A stretch of DNA of 64,000 bases from an uncultured Rhizobium sp. (lineage in GTDB: Bacteria; Pseudomonadota; Alphaproteobacteria; SMXQ01), in contig CAZVLU010000015.1 of NCBI GenBank assembly GCA_964628235.1, positions 150 to 64,149 of the forward strand, written 5' to 3'. Positions 1-8,753 of this stretch are shown piece after piece (position 1 is the stretch's first letter; each line of letters opens with the position of its first letter). The translations under genes were made by a program, and so were the position numbers. The notes under the pieces were generated by a model that was not told the origin of the DNA, did not search any database, and saw only the letters and a list, made by a program, of their open reading frames with translations.

Positions 1-414
1 ACCAGCACACCGCCGCCTGCGCATCCCTTCCGTCTTCACAATTTCAAAGAGCGATTCCCTTACGGGAAACTTGCATCAGGGACGAAAAGACCCACCGGGG
101 AGGACCCCCGTTTGTGTCCGGTCCATGCTGCAAGGACGCGCCTTATACGCCCCGGTCTTTTAGCTGTCAAACTCTTTTCAACGATTTTTTTACCGCGCCC
201 GCAAAGGCTTGGAAGAGAACCGCCGGAAGAGCCGAACGCAGTTTCTGCCGCTGAAAGCAAGCGGCAGACAAGCCGTTCAAAACCGAGGATGTAAGGCCAC
301 GACGTCGCTGAGCGACCGTTCGTGTAAGGCGGAATATAGGGTGACCGTTTCGGGAAGTCTAGCTACTGTTCCGAGAAAGCGAGCAAAAACCTGGGGATAA
401 GTGATCTTTTGCCG

Positions 415-987
415 ATGAATGCCCGTCGCATTGCCGCATCCGCGAGCCTGATAAACCGCCGAATCCTGCCGATTTCATGGAGGTTTCCCGCGTGTGCGTT
501 GGCCAGCGCCCTGGCCTTAAGCGCCTGCGGCTTCTCGACGCCGCTGACGCCTTCGAGCAAAGCGCCCGAGTCGAACATGCCGGCCGATCAAAACCAGGCG
601 CCGCAATTCACCGACATTCCGATCCCCAACGGCGCGCGCATGGATCTCGACCGCTCCCTCGTGCTCGGGCCGCGCGACACATGGCTCGGCCGCCTCGCCT
701 TCACCAGCTCGGCATCGCCCAACGACATGTTCGAATTCTACGCCCGCGAAATGCCGCGCTTCACCTGGACCGGCATCACCGCGGTGCGCGCCGGCACCAG
801 CGTGCTCAGCTACAGCCGCGACGAGCGTATCGCCACCGTGCAGATTTCGCGCACCACGCTCGGCGGCAGCGAAGTGCTGCTCACCATCTCGCCGCGCGGC
901 AGCATGGGCGCCGGCGCGACCAATCCCGGCGGCTTCAATCTGCCCGCCGTCTCGGCGCCGCCCGTCTCGCGGCAGCCGTTGCGCTGA
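415..987 (+). CDS. Putative lipoprotein of unknown function; signal peptide with LSAC lipobox. The ATG at 415 is preferred over the upstream TTG at 409.
   Basis: The ORF 409..987 translation has an N-terminal hydrophobic stretch ending in LALSAC (lipobox-like) and a coding-like composition. No recognisable enzymatic motifs. Confidence 0.55.
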   Translation: MNARRIAASASLINRRILPISWRFPACALASALALSACGFSTPLTPSSKAPESNMPADQNQAPQFTDIPIPNGARMDLDRSLVLGPRDTWLGRLAFTSSASPNDMFEFYAREMPRFTWTGITAVRAGTSVLSYSRDERIATVQISRTTLGGSEVLLTISPRGSMGAGATNPGGFNLPAVSAPPVSRQPLR

Positions 988-994
988 GGCGCAA

Positions 995-2107
995 CTAGTC
1001 CCGGATATCCTGCAAGAACCACTCGGTCGGAATTTCGCGGCCGACGCCCTTGGCCTTGGCGGCTTCATAGACGGCGCCGGCCACCGCCCAGAATTGATTG
1101 CCCTGCAGATTGCCGCGCTCCGAATAGGTGATCTGCTCGCGGCTTGAACGGCCGCGGTTGGTGCCGTTCATGATGTCGGCGAAGGTCACCATGCGGTCAG
1201 GCGCGATGGTGCCGTGTCCGCGCTTGTCCTTCTTCTGATATTTGAAATCGCGCATGCCCTCGGGCTGCGCCGCGTAGGTCAGATATTCGTCATCGAGGCC
1301 GAGGGCCGGCAATCCCCAGGGCGCCGGCGCGCTGCCGAAGCGCATATAAACGTCGAGCTTCTCGACGGTCGCCTCGTCGGGCCGCCCGCCGGCGCCGACA
1401 TTCACCACATGGGCGCCCGGCTCGATCAAGGCGCCGTTGAGCACCGGCACCGACGAATCGGTGACGCCGGCGACGATATGCGCGCCCTTATAAATATCTT
1501 CGGGGCGGTCGCAGACCTGCACCTCGAGGCCATAGCGCTCGCGCATTTCCTGGCCGAACTTTTCGCGGTTGGCTTTGGTCGGGCTGAACAGCTGCAGCCT
1601 TTTCAAACCAGGGCGCACATACATGAACGCCTCCATATGCGTGCGCGCCATGCCGCCCGAGCCCAGCATGCCGATCACTGTGGCATCTTCGCGCGCCATA
1701 TATTTGGTGCCGATGCCGCCGTCGGCGCCGACGCGCATATGCTGCAGCACGCCGTCATTGATAAAGGCGAGCGGCTCGCCGTTCTCCACCGACGTCAGGA
1801 AGATCAAACCGCAATAAAGCCCCGGCTTGACGCAGTATTTCTCGCGCGTCGTGACGCCGTTGTAGCTTTCCTCGGTGATCACGTCGGATTTCATGCGGAT
1901 GGCGAAATAGCCGCTGACCGAGCCGCCCTCCATGGTGCCCCAGGCATAGACTTTCTTGGGATCGCTGGTCGGGATCTGCACGTCGATGCGCGGCCGGCAG
2001 ACCGACTCTTTGACGACAAGCTGTTTATAAGCCGCCTCCAGCGCGTCGATGGTCATGCCCATCGTCAGCAGCTTCGAGACGTCGTCGTTATTGATGATCA
2101 GCGTCAT
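995..2107 (-). CDS. Ornithine cyclodeaminase / mu-crystallin family protein
   Basis: 370-aa ORF with a Rossmann-like GxGxxA segment (MLGSGGMA) and overall resemblance to the OCD/mu-crystallin family as I recall it. ATG at 2105-2107. Confidence 0.8.
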   Translation of the reverse strand: MTLIINNDDVSKLLTMGMTIDALEAAYKQLVVKESVCRPRIDVQIPTSDPKKVYAWGTMEGGSVSGYFAIRMKSDVITEESYNGVTTREKYCVKPGLYCGLIFLTSVENGEPLAFINDGVLQHMRVGADGGIGTKYMAREDATVIGMLGSGGMARTHMEAFMYVRPGLKRLQLFSPTKANREKFGQEMRERYGLEVQVCDRPEDIYKGAHIVAGVTDSSVPVLNGALIEPGAHVVNVGAGGRPDEATVEKLDVYMRFGSAPAPWGLPALGLDDEYLTYAAQPEGMRDFKYQKKDKRGHGTIAPDRMVTFADIMNGTNRGRSSREQITYSERGNLQGNQFWAVAGAVYEAAKAKGVGREIPTEWFLQDIRD

Positions 2108-2249
2108 CGCACTCTCCCTGTTGATCTATGGCTTTCAATAGACTAGGCGCGGCCTAGCGCAGCGTCCAGCGGCACCAAACGTGCCACAAAGCAAAACGGG
2201 CGGAAGGTTGCCCATCCGCCCGTTCTTTAGCTGCTATCGCAGCAACCCT

Positions 2250-3971
2250 TTAGACGCCCTTGCAGATCACGTTGAGCAGCGCCTGCTGGCCGTTCGAGAT
2301 CGCCTTCATGGCGCGATCGAGCGCCTTGGGCATATCCGCCGGGTCCCTGACGCATTCGCCATAGCCGTCGGCCACTTCCACTGCCTTCTCAAAGCGCGAC
2401 GAACCGGCTTCGAAATAGGTCAGCGGCTCGCGGTTGCTCTTGGCGGCATAGCCGGTCGGATAGACCTCGTGCGTGTTGCGCTTCACCGCGCCCCACATCT
2501 CGTTGTTGAAGACGACGGTGAGGATCGGCAGCTTCTCGGCCTTGGCGACGTAATGCGCCGGGATCGGATTGCCGAACATGTAAGCGCCGTCGCCGCAGGT
2601 CGCGATGACGGTTCTGTCGGGCTGCGCCATCTTGACGCCGAGCGCGGTGCCGAGGCCCCAACCGAGCGCGCCAGCGGCGCCGACGCTGAACATGGTGCCG
2701 GGCTGGCTGAAGTTCATATGCTCGAACGTCACCGGCGATTCCTTGATCAGGATGCCGTCCTTGCCGCGCACCTTGTCGAGGCAATGGGTGATCCAGGCCG
2801 GATGCAGCGGCGCTTCGCTCTGGCCCTTCGTGATCGCTTCAGCCCACTTCGCGCGCTGGTCGGCGCGCATGATCGCCAGGCGCTTGCCGCGATCGCCGAT
2901 GCGGTCTTTGGCGCGGGCGATCTTCTCTTCGAGCGCGTCGGCCAGCGCGTTCATGCTGGCGGCGACCGAGCCGGAGATCGATACGTCGCTGTTGAAGCCG
3001 CGGATCGGATAATTGCTGTACATCGGATCCATCGAGATCTGGATGATCTGGCAATCCGGCTTCGGGCTTTTCTTGTTCGGAATCCACGGCACATCGCTCT
3101 CGATGACGAGGATCACGTCGGCTTCCTGCAGGCGCAGGTCCGGGTTGTAGCCGAGATGCATCGGATGATCGCTTTCCAGCGCCACGTAACGCGGCTTGCG
3201 CTGATAGACCGGGATGGCGAACGAATTGGCCAAGCGTCCCATCGCCGCGACTTCGGCGGCGTTGCGCCCCGAGCTTGCGGTGATGATCATCGGGTTCTCG
3301 GCCTTGGCGATGATGTCCGCCGCGCGGTCGATGGCATCCGGGTTGGGATAGGCCGGCGATGGAATGGTGCGGCGCGTCGGCGAGGTAAATTGGAAATTGC
3401 TGATGTCGCGCGCCAGCACTTCGCGCGGCAGACGGAGATAAACCGGGCCGGCCGGCTCGGCGGTCGCCATCGTGATGGCGCGATCGACCGTCGACTCGAG
3501 CACCTCGGCGTTGGGCAGCTCGTAGTCCCATTTGGTGAATTCGCGCGCCATGGCGCCCTGGTCGCGCATTTCCTGCGGCCAGTGGATTTCGCCGGTGCGC
3601 GCGCCGGTCAGGCCGCCGTCTTCGCTGAAGGGCGTGCGACCGGCGCTGAACAGCACGGGGATATTGCCGCGCCAGGCGTTCAACAGGCCGCACAGCGAGT
3701 TGGCAGTGCCGACGTTGACATGCACCATGGCCGCCTGCACGCGGCCCGAACCGAGGAAATAGCCGGTTGCCATGTGCACGGCGACGTTTTCATGCGGCAC
3801 GGTGACGGGCGTCGGCACCTTGACGCCTTCCGCCTGCAATTTGGCGTAAGCTTCAATCAGCGGCGCGAAGTCGGTTCCGGCATTGGCGAACAGATAGTCG
3901 ATGCCGCGGTCCGACAACAATTGCAGATAGGCTTCGGCCACGGTGCCGGTTGCGATGGTCTTATTCGCCAC
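2250..3971 (-). CDS. Thiamine-pyrophosphate-dependent enzyme (acetolactate synthase large-subunit-like / decarboxylase family); GTG start
   Basis: 573-aa ORF with the typical three-domain TPP enzyme architecture (N-terminal Pyr domain; C-terminal GDG-x(24)-NN-like TPP motif GDGAYMFGN...VFNN). A GGGAG Shine-Dalgarno sits about 6 nt upstream of the GTG. Confidence 0.85.
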   Translation of the reverse strand: MANKTIATGTVAEAYLQLLSDRGIDYLFANAGTDFAPLIEAYAKLQAEGVKVPTPVTVPHENVAVHMATGYFLGSGRVQAAMVHVNVGTANSLCGLLNAWRGNIPVLFSAGRTPFSEDGGLTGARTGEIHWPQEMRDQGAMAREFTKWDYELPNAEVLESTVDRAITMATAEPAGPVYLRLPREVLARDISNFQFTSPTRRTIPSPAYPNPDAIDRAADIIAKAENPMIITASSGRNAAEVAAMGRLANSFAIPVYQRKPRYVALESDHPMHLGYNPDLRLQEADVILVIESDVPWIPNKKSPKPDCQIIQISMDPMYSNYPIRGFNSDVSISGSVAASMNALADALEEKIARAKDRIGDRGKRLAIMRADQRAKWAEAITKGQSEAPLHPAWITHCLDKVRGKDGILIKESPVTFEHMNFSQPGTMFSVGAAGALGWGLGTALGVKMAQPDRTVIATCGDGAYMFGNPIPAHYVAKAEKLPILTVVFNNEMWGAVKRNTHEVYPTGYAAKSNREPLTYFEAGSSRFEKAVEVADGYGECVRDPADMPKALDRAMKAISNGQQALLNVICKGV

Positions 3972-4061
3972 GTCGATCTCCCAAGATACTTAGACAATGA
4001 TTATTTTGCGGTAACATAGCGGGCGGGCCATCCCAATGCCAGCCGCGAAGCGGACAAAACA

Positions 4062-5678
4062 ATGCAGTTTTCTGAAACAGCGCCATCTCGTCGGACGGAA
4101 CAATATGACGCCGTCATCGTCGGCGGCGGACATAACGGTCTCGTCTGCGCCGGCTATCTCGCGCGCGCCGGATTGAGTGTCAAGGTCGTCGAGAAACGCG
4201 GCATCGTCGGCGGCGCGGCCGTCACGGAAGAGTTTCATCCGGGCTTTCGCAATTCCGTCTGCTCCTATGTCGTCAGCTTGCTGCATCCGCAGGTCATCAA
4301 AGACCTCGACCTGCACGCGCACGGCCTGACGATTCTCGATCGTCCGTCGGGCTATCTATGTCTGTTGCCCGGCGCGACATCTTTACAACTTCCGCGCGAT
4401 GTCAGCGTCGCCAAACGCGAGATCGCCAAACTCTCGCCGCGCGACGCCGAGGCCTATGCGAAACTCGACAAGGAATTATGCGAGATCGGCATGGCGCTGC
4501 GTAGCGTCATGGCCGAGCCGCCGCCCAATTTCGGCGGTGGTCTGGCCGATCTATGGCAAGCGCTAAAACTCGGCAATAAGCTGCGCGCCCTGCCCGGTCC
4601 GCTGCAAGCCGCCCTCGCCGAACTGATGACCGCCAGCATCGGCGATTATCTCGAGGCGCGATTCGAGCGCGACGAGCTGAAAGGCGCGCTCGGCTTCGAA
4701 GGCGTGATCGGCAATTTCGCCAGTCCCTATCATCCGGGCACCGCCTACGTGCTTCTGCATCATATGTTCGGCGAAGTGAACGGCGAACCCGCCGCATGGG
4801 GACACGCCGTCGGCGGCATGGGCGCGATCACGCAGGCGATGGCGCGTTCGGCGGCGGCGCGCGGCGTCGATATAGAGACGAACGCGCCGGCGCGCGAGAT
4901 CATCGTCGAAGGCAGCAAGGCGAAGGGCGTCGTGCTGGCGGACGGCCGCACCATCCGCGCCGGCATCGTCGCCGGCAACGTCCATCCGCAATTGCTGTTC
5001 CTGAAAATGATGGATGGCGGCTTGCTGCCCGAGGATTTCCGCCGCCGGATCACCCATTGGCGCTCCCGCTCCGCCACCTTCCGCATGAACTTGGCGCTCA
5101 GCGAACTGCCGCGCTTCTCAAGCCTGAGCGGCGACAACGACTCGGCACACTTGAAGGGCAGCATCAACATCAGCCCGTCGCTCGGCTATCTGCAGCGCGC
5201 TTTCGACGACGCGCGCGCGCATGGCTGGTCGAAGGCGCCGGTCGTCTCGATCAACATTCCGAGCGTGCTGGACGATTCACTGGCGCCGAAGGGCGCCCAT
5301 GTCGCCAGCCTGTTCTGCCAACATTTCGACTTCGCCTTGCCCGACGGCAAATCATGGGACGACGAGAAAGAGCGCGCCGCCGATCTCATCATCGACACCG
5401 TGGCCGAGCATGCGCCCAACCTGAAGCGCGCCATCGTCGGCCGTCAGGTCCTCTCGCCGCTCGATCTCGAACGCGAGTTCGGCCTGGTCGGCGGCGACAT
5501 CTTCCATGGCGCCATCCATCTCGACCAGCTCTTCAGCCTGCGTCCGGCAGCCGGCTACGCCGATCACCGCACGCCGATCGACGGCCTTTATCTCTGCGGG
5601 TCCGGCGCCCATCCGGGCGGCGGCGTCACCGGCCTGCCTGGCCGCAACGCCGCACGCGCGATTTTGAAAGACCGCTAG
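4062..5678 (+). CDS. FAD/NAD(P)-binding oxidoreductase, phytoene desaturase (CrtI)-like family
   Basis: N-terminal dinucleotide-binding motif DAVIVGGGHNGLVCAGYLARAGLSVKVVEKR; 538 aa, consistent with the CrtI/amine-oxidase-like family. Confidence 0.8.
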   Translation: MQFSETAPSRRTEQYDAVIVGGGHNGLVCAGYLARAGLSVKVVEKRGIVGGAAVTEEFHPGFRNSVCSYVVSLLHPQVIKDLDLHAHGLTILDRPSGYLCLLPGATSLQLPRDVSVAKREIAKLSPRDAEAYAKLDKELCEIGMALRSVMAEPPPNFGGGLADLWQALKLGNKLRALPGPLQAALAELMTASIGDYLEARFERDELKGALGFEGVIGNFASPYHPGTAYVLLHHMFGEVNGEPAAWGHAVGGMGAITQAMARSAAARGVDIETNAPAREIIVEGSKAKGVVLADGRTIRAGIVAGNVHPQLLFLKMMDGGLLPEDFRRRITHWRSRSATFRMNLALSELPRFSSLSGDNDSAHLKGSINISPSLGYLQRAFDDARAHGWSKAPVVSINIPSVLDDSLAPKGAHVASLFCQHFDFALPDGKSWDDEKERAADLIIDTVAEHAPNLKRAIVGRQVLSPLDLEREFGLVGGDIFHGAIHLDQLFSLRPAAGYADHRTPIDGLYLCGSGAHPGGGVTGLPGRNAARAILKDR

Positions 5679-6400
5679 GCCCCGATCGCTAAATCGGCGA
5701 ATTTGCCGCTGTCGAGCAACACGACGCTTTGCGGACGCGGCAGTTTCAGCACGGCCTCTTCGCGCAGCTTGGTGAGCGTTCGGCTCACGGTCTCGACCGT
5801 CAGGCCGAGGTAATCGGCGATTTCGGCGCGGCTCATCGTCAGCTCGATCGGATTACCCGGCTTGCCGCGCTTCTTGGCGCGCTCCGACATCGTCAGCAGA
5901 AACGACAGGATTTTCTCGCGCGCGGTTTTGCGGCCGAGCAGCAGCATCTGATCTTGCGCGGCGGACAATTCGTCGGTGGAAATGCGCAGCAGCCGTTCCG
6001 TGAGCTTCGGCAGATCGCCGAAGGCGGCAGCGAGTTCCCGGCGCTGGAAGCGGCAGACCTTCACGCGATCGACCGCTTCGGCGCTGTAGCCGTATTCGCT
6101 GCCCGACGAGAGGCCGAGGAAATCGCCGGGAAACAGGAATCCGGTGATTTGCGTGCGGCCATCCGGCAAGCTTTTATAAAGCTTCACGGTCCCCTCCAGC
6201 ACGTTGAACACTTCGCGCGCGGCATCGCCCTCTTGAAAGAGGAGTTGATGCGGCGCGACGAAGCCGTGATGCGCGAGCTTGCTCAACGCGACGATCTCGC
6301 TCTCGTCCATCACCGCGCAGAAAGTGACATGGCGCATCTCGCAAACCGCGCAAGAACCTGCTGCGCAGTGGCTGGGGACGGGCGGACGCGTGTTCGTCAT
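5675..6400 (-). CDS. Crp/Fnr-family transcriptional regulator, FnrN/FixK-like oxygen sensor with an N-terminal Cys cluster (likely start MTNTRPP; the ORF extends in frame to 6496)
   Basis: A cNMP-binding-like domain followed by a C-terminal HTH (EIADYLGLTVETVSRTL). N-terminal Cys pattern C-x4-C-x2-C-x7-C plus a central Cys (VKVCRF), as in FNR [4Fe-4S] ligands. The start at 6400 is chosen by analogy with FNR N-terminal spacing. Confidence 0.8.
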   Translation of the reverse strand: MTNTRPPVPSHCAAGSCAVCEMRHVTFCAVMDESEIVALSKLAHHGFVAPHQLLFQEGDAAREVFNVLEGTVKLYKSLPDGRTQITGFLFPGDFLGLSSGSEYGYSAEAVDRVKVCRFQRRELAAAFGDLPKLTERLLRISTDELSAAQDQMLLLGRKTAREKILSFLLTMSERAKKRGKPGNPIELTMSRAEIADYLGLTVETVSRTLTKLREEAVLKLPRPQSVVLLDSGKFADLAIGA

Positions 6401-6538
6401 GGCGGCTGCGGCCTGGTTGCGAAGTTTGAAGCTCTCAACCCTAGGCCGGGATCCCTGCCGAACCAAGCGATCCGCTCTATCCATATGATTTAACATGGCT
6501 TTAACCCCATCACTGACGACGAAAAAAATCTCGCAGGT

Positions 6539-6552
6539 TTGATCGAGATCAA
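6539..6552. promoter_or_regulatory. Consensus FNR/FixK box TTGATCGAGATCAA (TTGAT-N4-ATCAA) in the divergent fnrN-like / bicupin intergenic region
   Basis: Exact match to the canonical anaerobox half-sites, read directly from the sequence. It lies about 90 nt upstream of the bicupin ATG and upstream of the fnr-like gene. Confidence 0.6.
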
Positions 6553-6564
6553 TGTTTCGTATTC

Positions 6565-6581
6565 TAATGATTATATCATTA
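6565..6581. promoter_or_regulatory. AT-rich 7-3-7 palindrome TAATGAT-TAT-ATCATTA, resembling a Fur/iron-box-like operator
   Basis: Perfect inverted repeat read from the sequence. It contains AATGAT/ATCATT hexamers like Fur-box cores and lies about 55 nt upstream of the bicupin ATG. Confidence 0.3.
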
Positions 6582-6634
6582 GATACCTAATGGATTTTCG
6601 CAGGGCAGCCATACCCTAGGAAGGGAGACCTATC

Positions 6635-7753
6635 ATGACCGACGCCGCCTTTATCGACCGCTCGGGCCGGCAAACGCCCGATCGTCACACGCACCGCGAC
6701 CATTCGCTCAATTGGTGGGAGCCCATCATCGTGCCGAAGGCGCGCATGGAGGCCGAGATGGCGCGGCTGGCCGCCCTGCCCGCACCGAACAACGGCGTGC
6801 GCCGGACGATGATCGTCCATCCCCAGGACGCCATGCGTCTCGGCTTCGCGCCCGGCATCGACGTCAGTCTCGACGTGCTGCTGCCCGGCGAACGCACCAA
6901 GTCGGTGCGACAGAATTCCTCGATCGTGAATTTCTGCATCAAGGGCGCCGGCTCGACCGTGACCAACGGCAAGACGGCGACCTTCCAGCAATATGACGTG
7001 TTCACCACGCCGTCGATGGCGGTGCATGAGTACGTCAACGACACACAGGACGTGCAAGTGCGCTTGCGCTATTCGAACGGCGCGCTGCTCGAGCGGCTCA
7101 ACATCCATCTGATCGACGAAGACCCGCCCGCGCCGACCGAGGACAATCTGACGCCAGCCGCCGAGGACATCCGCGACGGCCACAAGAATCCGTTCGGCAC
7201 CTTTCAGCTCACCGACGACGGCGCCTGGCTGCTGCCATATGAGAAGCTAGTGTCGCCCGACGCAGTCGCCATCAAGCCGCATCTCTGGCCCTGGCGCAAA
7301 GTGAAGACCGAACTGGATAAGCTCGCCGACCTCGGCCAAGCCTACAAGGGTCGCCGGCTCTATCTGCTTTACGATCCGGTGACAGGCCGCAGCAACGGCA
7401 CCACGCCGAACTTCTTCGCCACCATCACCGTGCGCCCAGCCGGCATCGCCGACCGTCCGCACCGCCACGCGTCGGCGGCGATGAACTACTACTTCGGCGG
7501 CGAAGGCCACTCGGTTGTCGAAGGCAAGCGCTACGAATGGCAGGCCGGCGACTTCATGTTCTCCGCGCCGGGTTGGGCGACGCACAACCACGTCGCTGAC
7601 AAAGGTCCGGTCTATGAGCTGACGATCCAAGACATGCCGTTCTGCATCAACAGCGATTGCCTGCTGTGGCAGGAGGACATGAAAGGTCCGATCTCGCTGC
7701 TCGGATCGCACGCCGGCTTCGCCACCAACCGGGCCAAGACAGCGGCCGGCTAA
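6635..7753 (+). CDS. Bicupin protein, gentisate 1,2-dioxygenase-like family
   Basis: 372 aa. The C-terminal cupin carries an HRH...E...H metal motif (HRHASAAMNYYFGGEGHSVVEGK...HNH). Strong AAGGGAG Shine-Dalgarno before the ATG at 6635. Confidence 0.65.
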   Translation: MTDAAFIDRSGRQTPDRHTHRDHSLNWWEPIIVPKARMEAEMARLAALPAPNNGVRRTMIVHPQDAMRLGFAPGIDVSLDVLLPGERTKSVRQNSSIVNFCIKGAGSTVTNGKTATFQQYDVFTTPSMAVHEYVNDTQDVQVRLRYSNGALLERLNIHLIDEDPPAPTEDNLTPAAEDIRDGHKNPFGTFQLTDDGAWLLPYEKLVSPDAVAIKPHLWPWRKVKTELDKLADLGQAYKGRRLYLLYDPVTGRSNGTTPNFFATITVRPAGIADRPHRHASAAMNYYFGGEGHSVVEGKRYEWQAGDFMFSAPGWATHNHVADKGPVYELTIQDMPFCINSDCLLWQEDMKGPISLLGSHAGFATNRAKTAAG

Positions 7754-7767
7754 GCCGGCTCTCCCCG

Positions 7768-8640
7768 CTACGCTTGGTCCGGAAACCCGGCCATAGCGCG
7801 GATCTCCCCCGCGCTGTGGCCGGCTTCTTTTAAGCTGCGCAAAGAGCGCGCGTCGTCGCGCTTGGCGAGGCGGCGCCCGCTTTCGTCGGCGATCAAGCCG
7901 TGATGGTGATAGTCCGGCGTCGGCAATTCCAGCAGCGCTTGCAACAAGCGATGGATATGCGTCGCGGCGAGCAGGTCGTCGCCGCGCGTGACTAGTGTGA
8001 CGCCTTGCAAAGCGTCGTCGACCGTCACGCTGAGATGATAGCTCGTCGCGATGTCCTTGCGCGCCAGCACGACGTCGCCGAACAGCCCCGGCATCGCCGA
8101 GATATTTCCGCGCCCGCGATCGTGCCAATCCAACGGACCGGTCATATCCGTCGCCGTCGCCACGTCGAGACGCAAGGCATAAGCCTCGCCGGCCGCGATA
8201 CGCCTTGCCCGCTCCGCCGTGCTCAAATGGCGACAGATGCCCGGATAGATCGGGCCGTCCGGCCCCTGCGGGGCGGCGCCGGCACGGGCGATTTCGTCGG
8301 CGATATCGCGCCGCGTGCAGAAGCAGGGATAAAGCAATCCTTGGGCCTGCAAGCGATCGAGCGCGGCGCGGTAATCGGCAAGATGCTGCGATTGACGGCG
8401 CACCGGCTCGGGCCAGGACAAACCGAGCCAGGCGAGGTCTTCCATAAGAGCCGTCTCGAATTCACGCCGGCTGCGGCCGATATCGATGTCCTCGATCCGC
8501 AGCAAAAACCGCCCGCCCGCCGCGCGCGCCGCGTTCCAGGCGAATAGCGCGGAATGGGCATGACCCAAATGCAAAAGCCCGGTGGGACTGGGCGCGAAGC
8601 GGGTGACGGTTTCAGGCACAGATTTATGACCGGCGGGCAT
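7768..8640 (-). CDS. gluQ: Glutamyl-Q tRNA(Asp) synthetase
   Basis: Truncated class I GluRS-like catalytic domain: HLGHAHSAL (HIGH-like) near the N-terminus and a KMSKS-like LAKRD region. About 290 aa, typical of GluQRS. ATG at 8638-8640. Confidence 0.85.
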   Translation of the reverse strand: MPAGHKSVPETVTRFAPSPTGLLHLGHAHSALFAWNAARAAGGRFLLRIEDIDIGRSRREFETALMEDLAWLGLSWPEPVRRQSQHLADYRAALDRLQAQGLLYPCFCTRRDIADEIARAGAAPQGPDGPIYPGICRHLSTAERARRIAAGEAYALRLDVATATDMTGPLDWHDRGRGNISAMPGLFGDVVLARKDIATSYHLSVTVDDALQGVTLVTRGDDLLAATHIHRLLQALLELPTPDYHHHGLIADESGRRLAKRDDARSLRSLKEAGHSAGEIRAMAGFPDQA

Positions 8641-8753
8641 CAATGGACGACGTTCGGCACTTTACCCTGCCGCACGGCTCCACCTATGCTGAAAAGAAAC
8701 GGCCAAAATAAAGAATAAACAAAATTGCTGCACAACAGCCTGGGGAGGCTCGC

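Noticed and set aside
1-414. RNase P RNA, SRP RNA, tmRNA or 6S RNA in the first 400 nt
   Set aside because: A by-eye search for conserved cores (GGAAAGUCCGG, CCGGAAGGAAGCAGC, an ANDN tag-coding segment) found no match. Left as unassigned non-coding sequence.
2181-4019. Long antisense ORFs throughout the window (e.g. 2181..4019 +, 14878..16101 -, 16539..17861 -, 19611..20984 +, 23321..24718 +, 31594..33132 +, 35738..37243 +, 37601..39103 -, 45724..47133 +, 48981..51890 -, 54568..55842 -, 59684..61192 -)
   Set aside because: They are Arg/Ala/Gly/Pro-rich low-complexity translations. Each lies opposite or out of frame to a gene with clear family motifs, which is the usual stop-codon-poor artefact of a 65-70 % GC genome.
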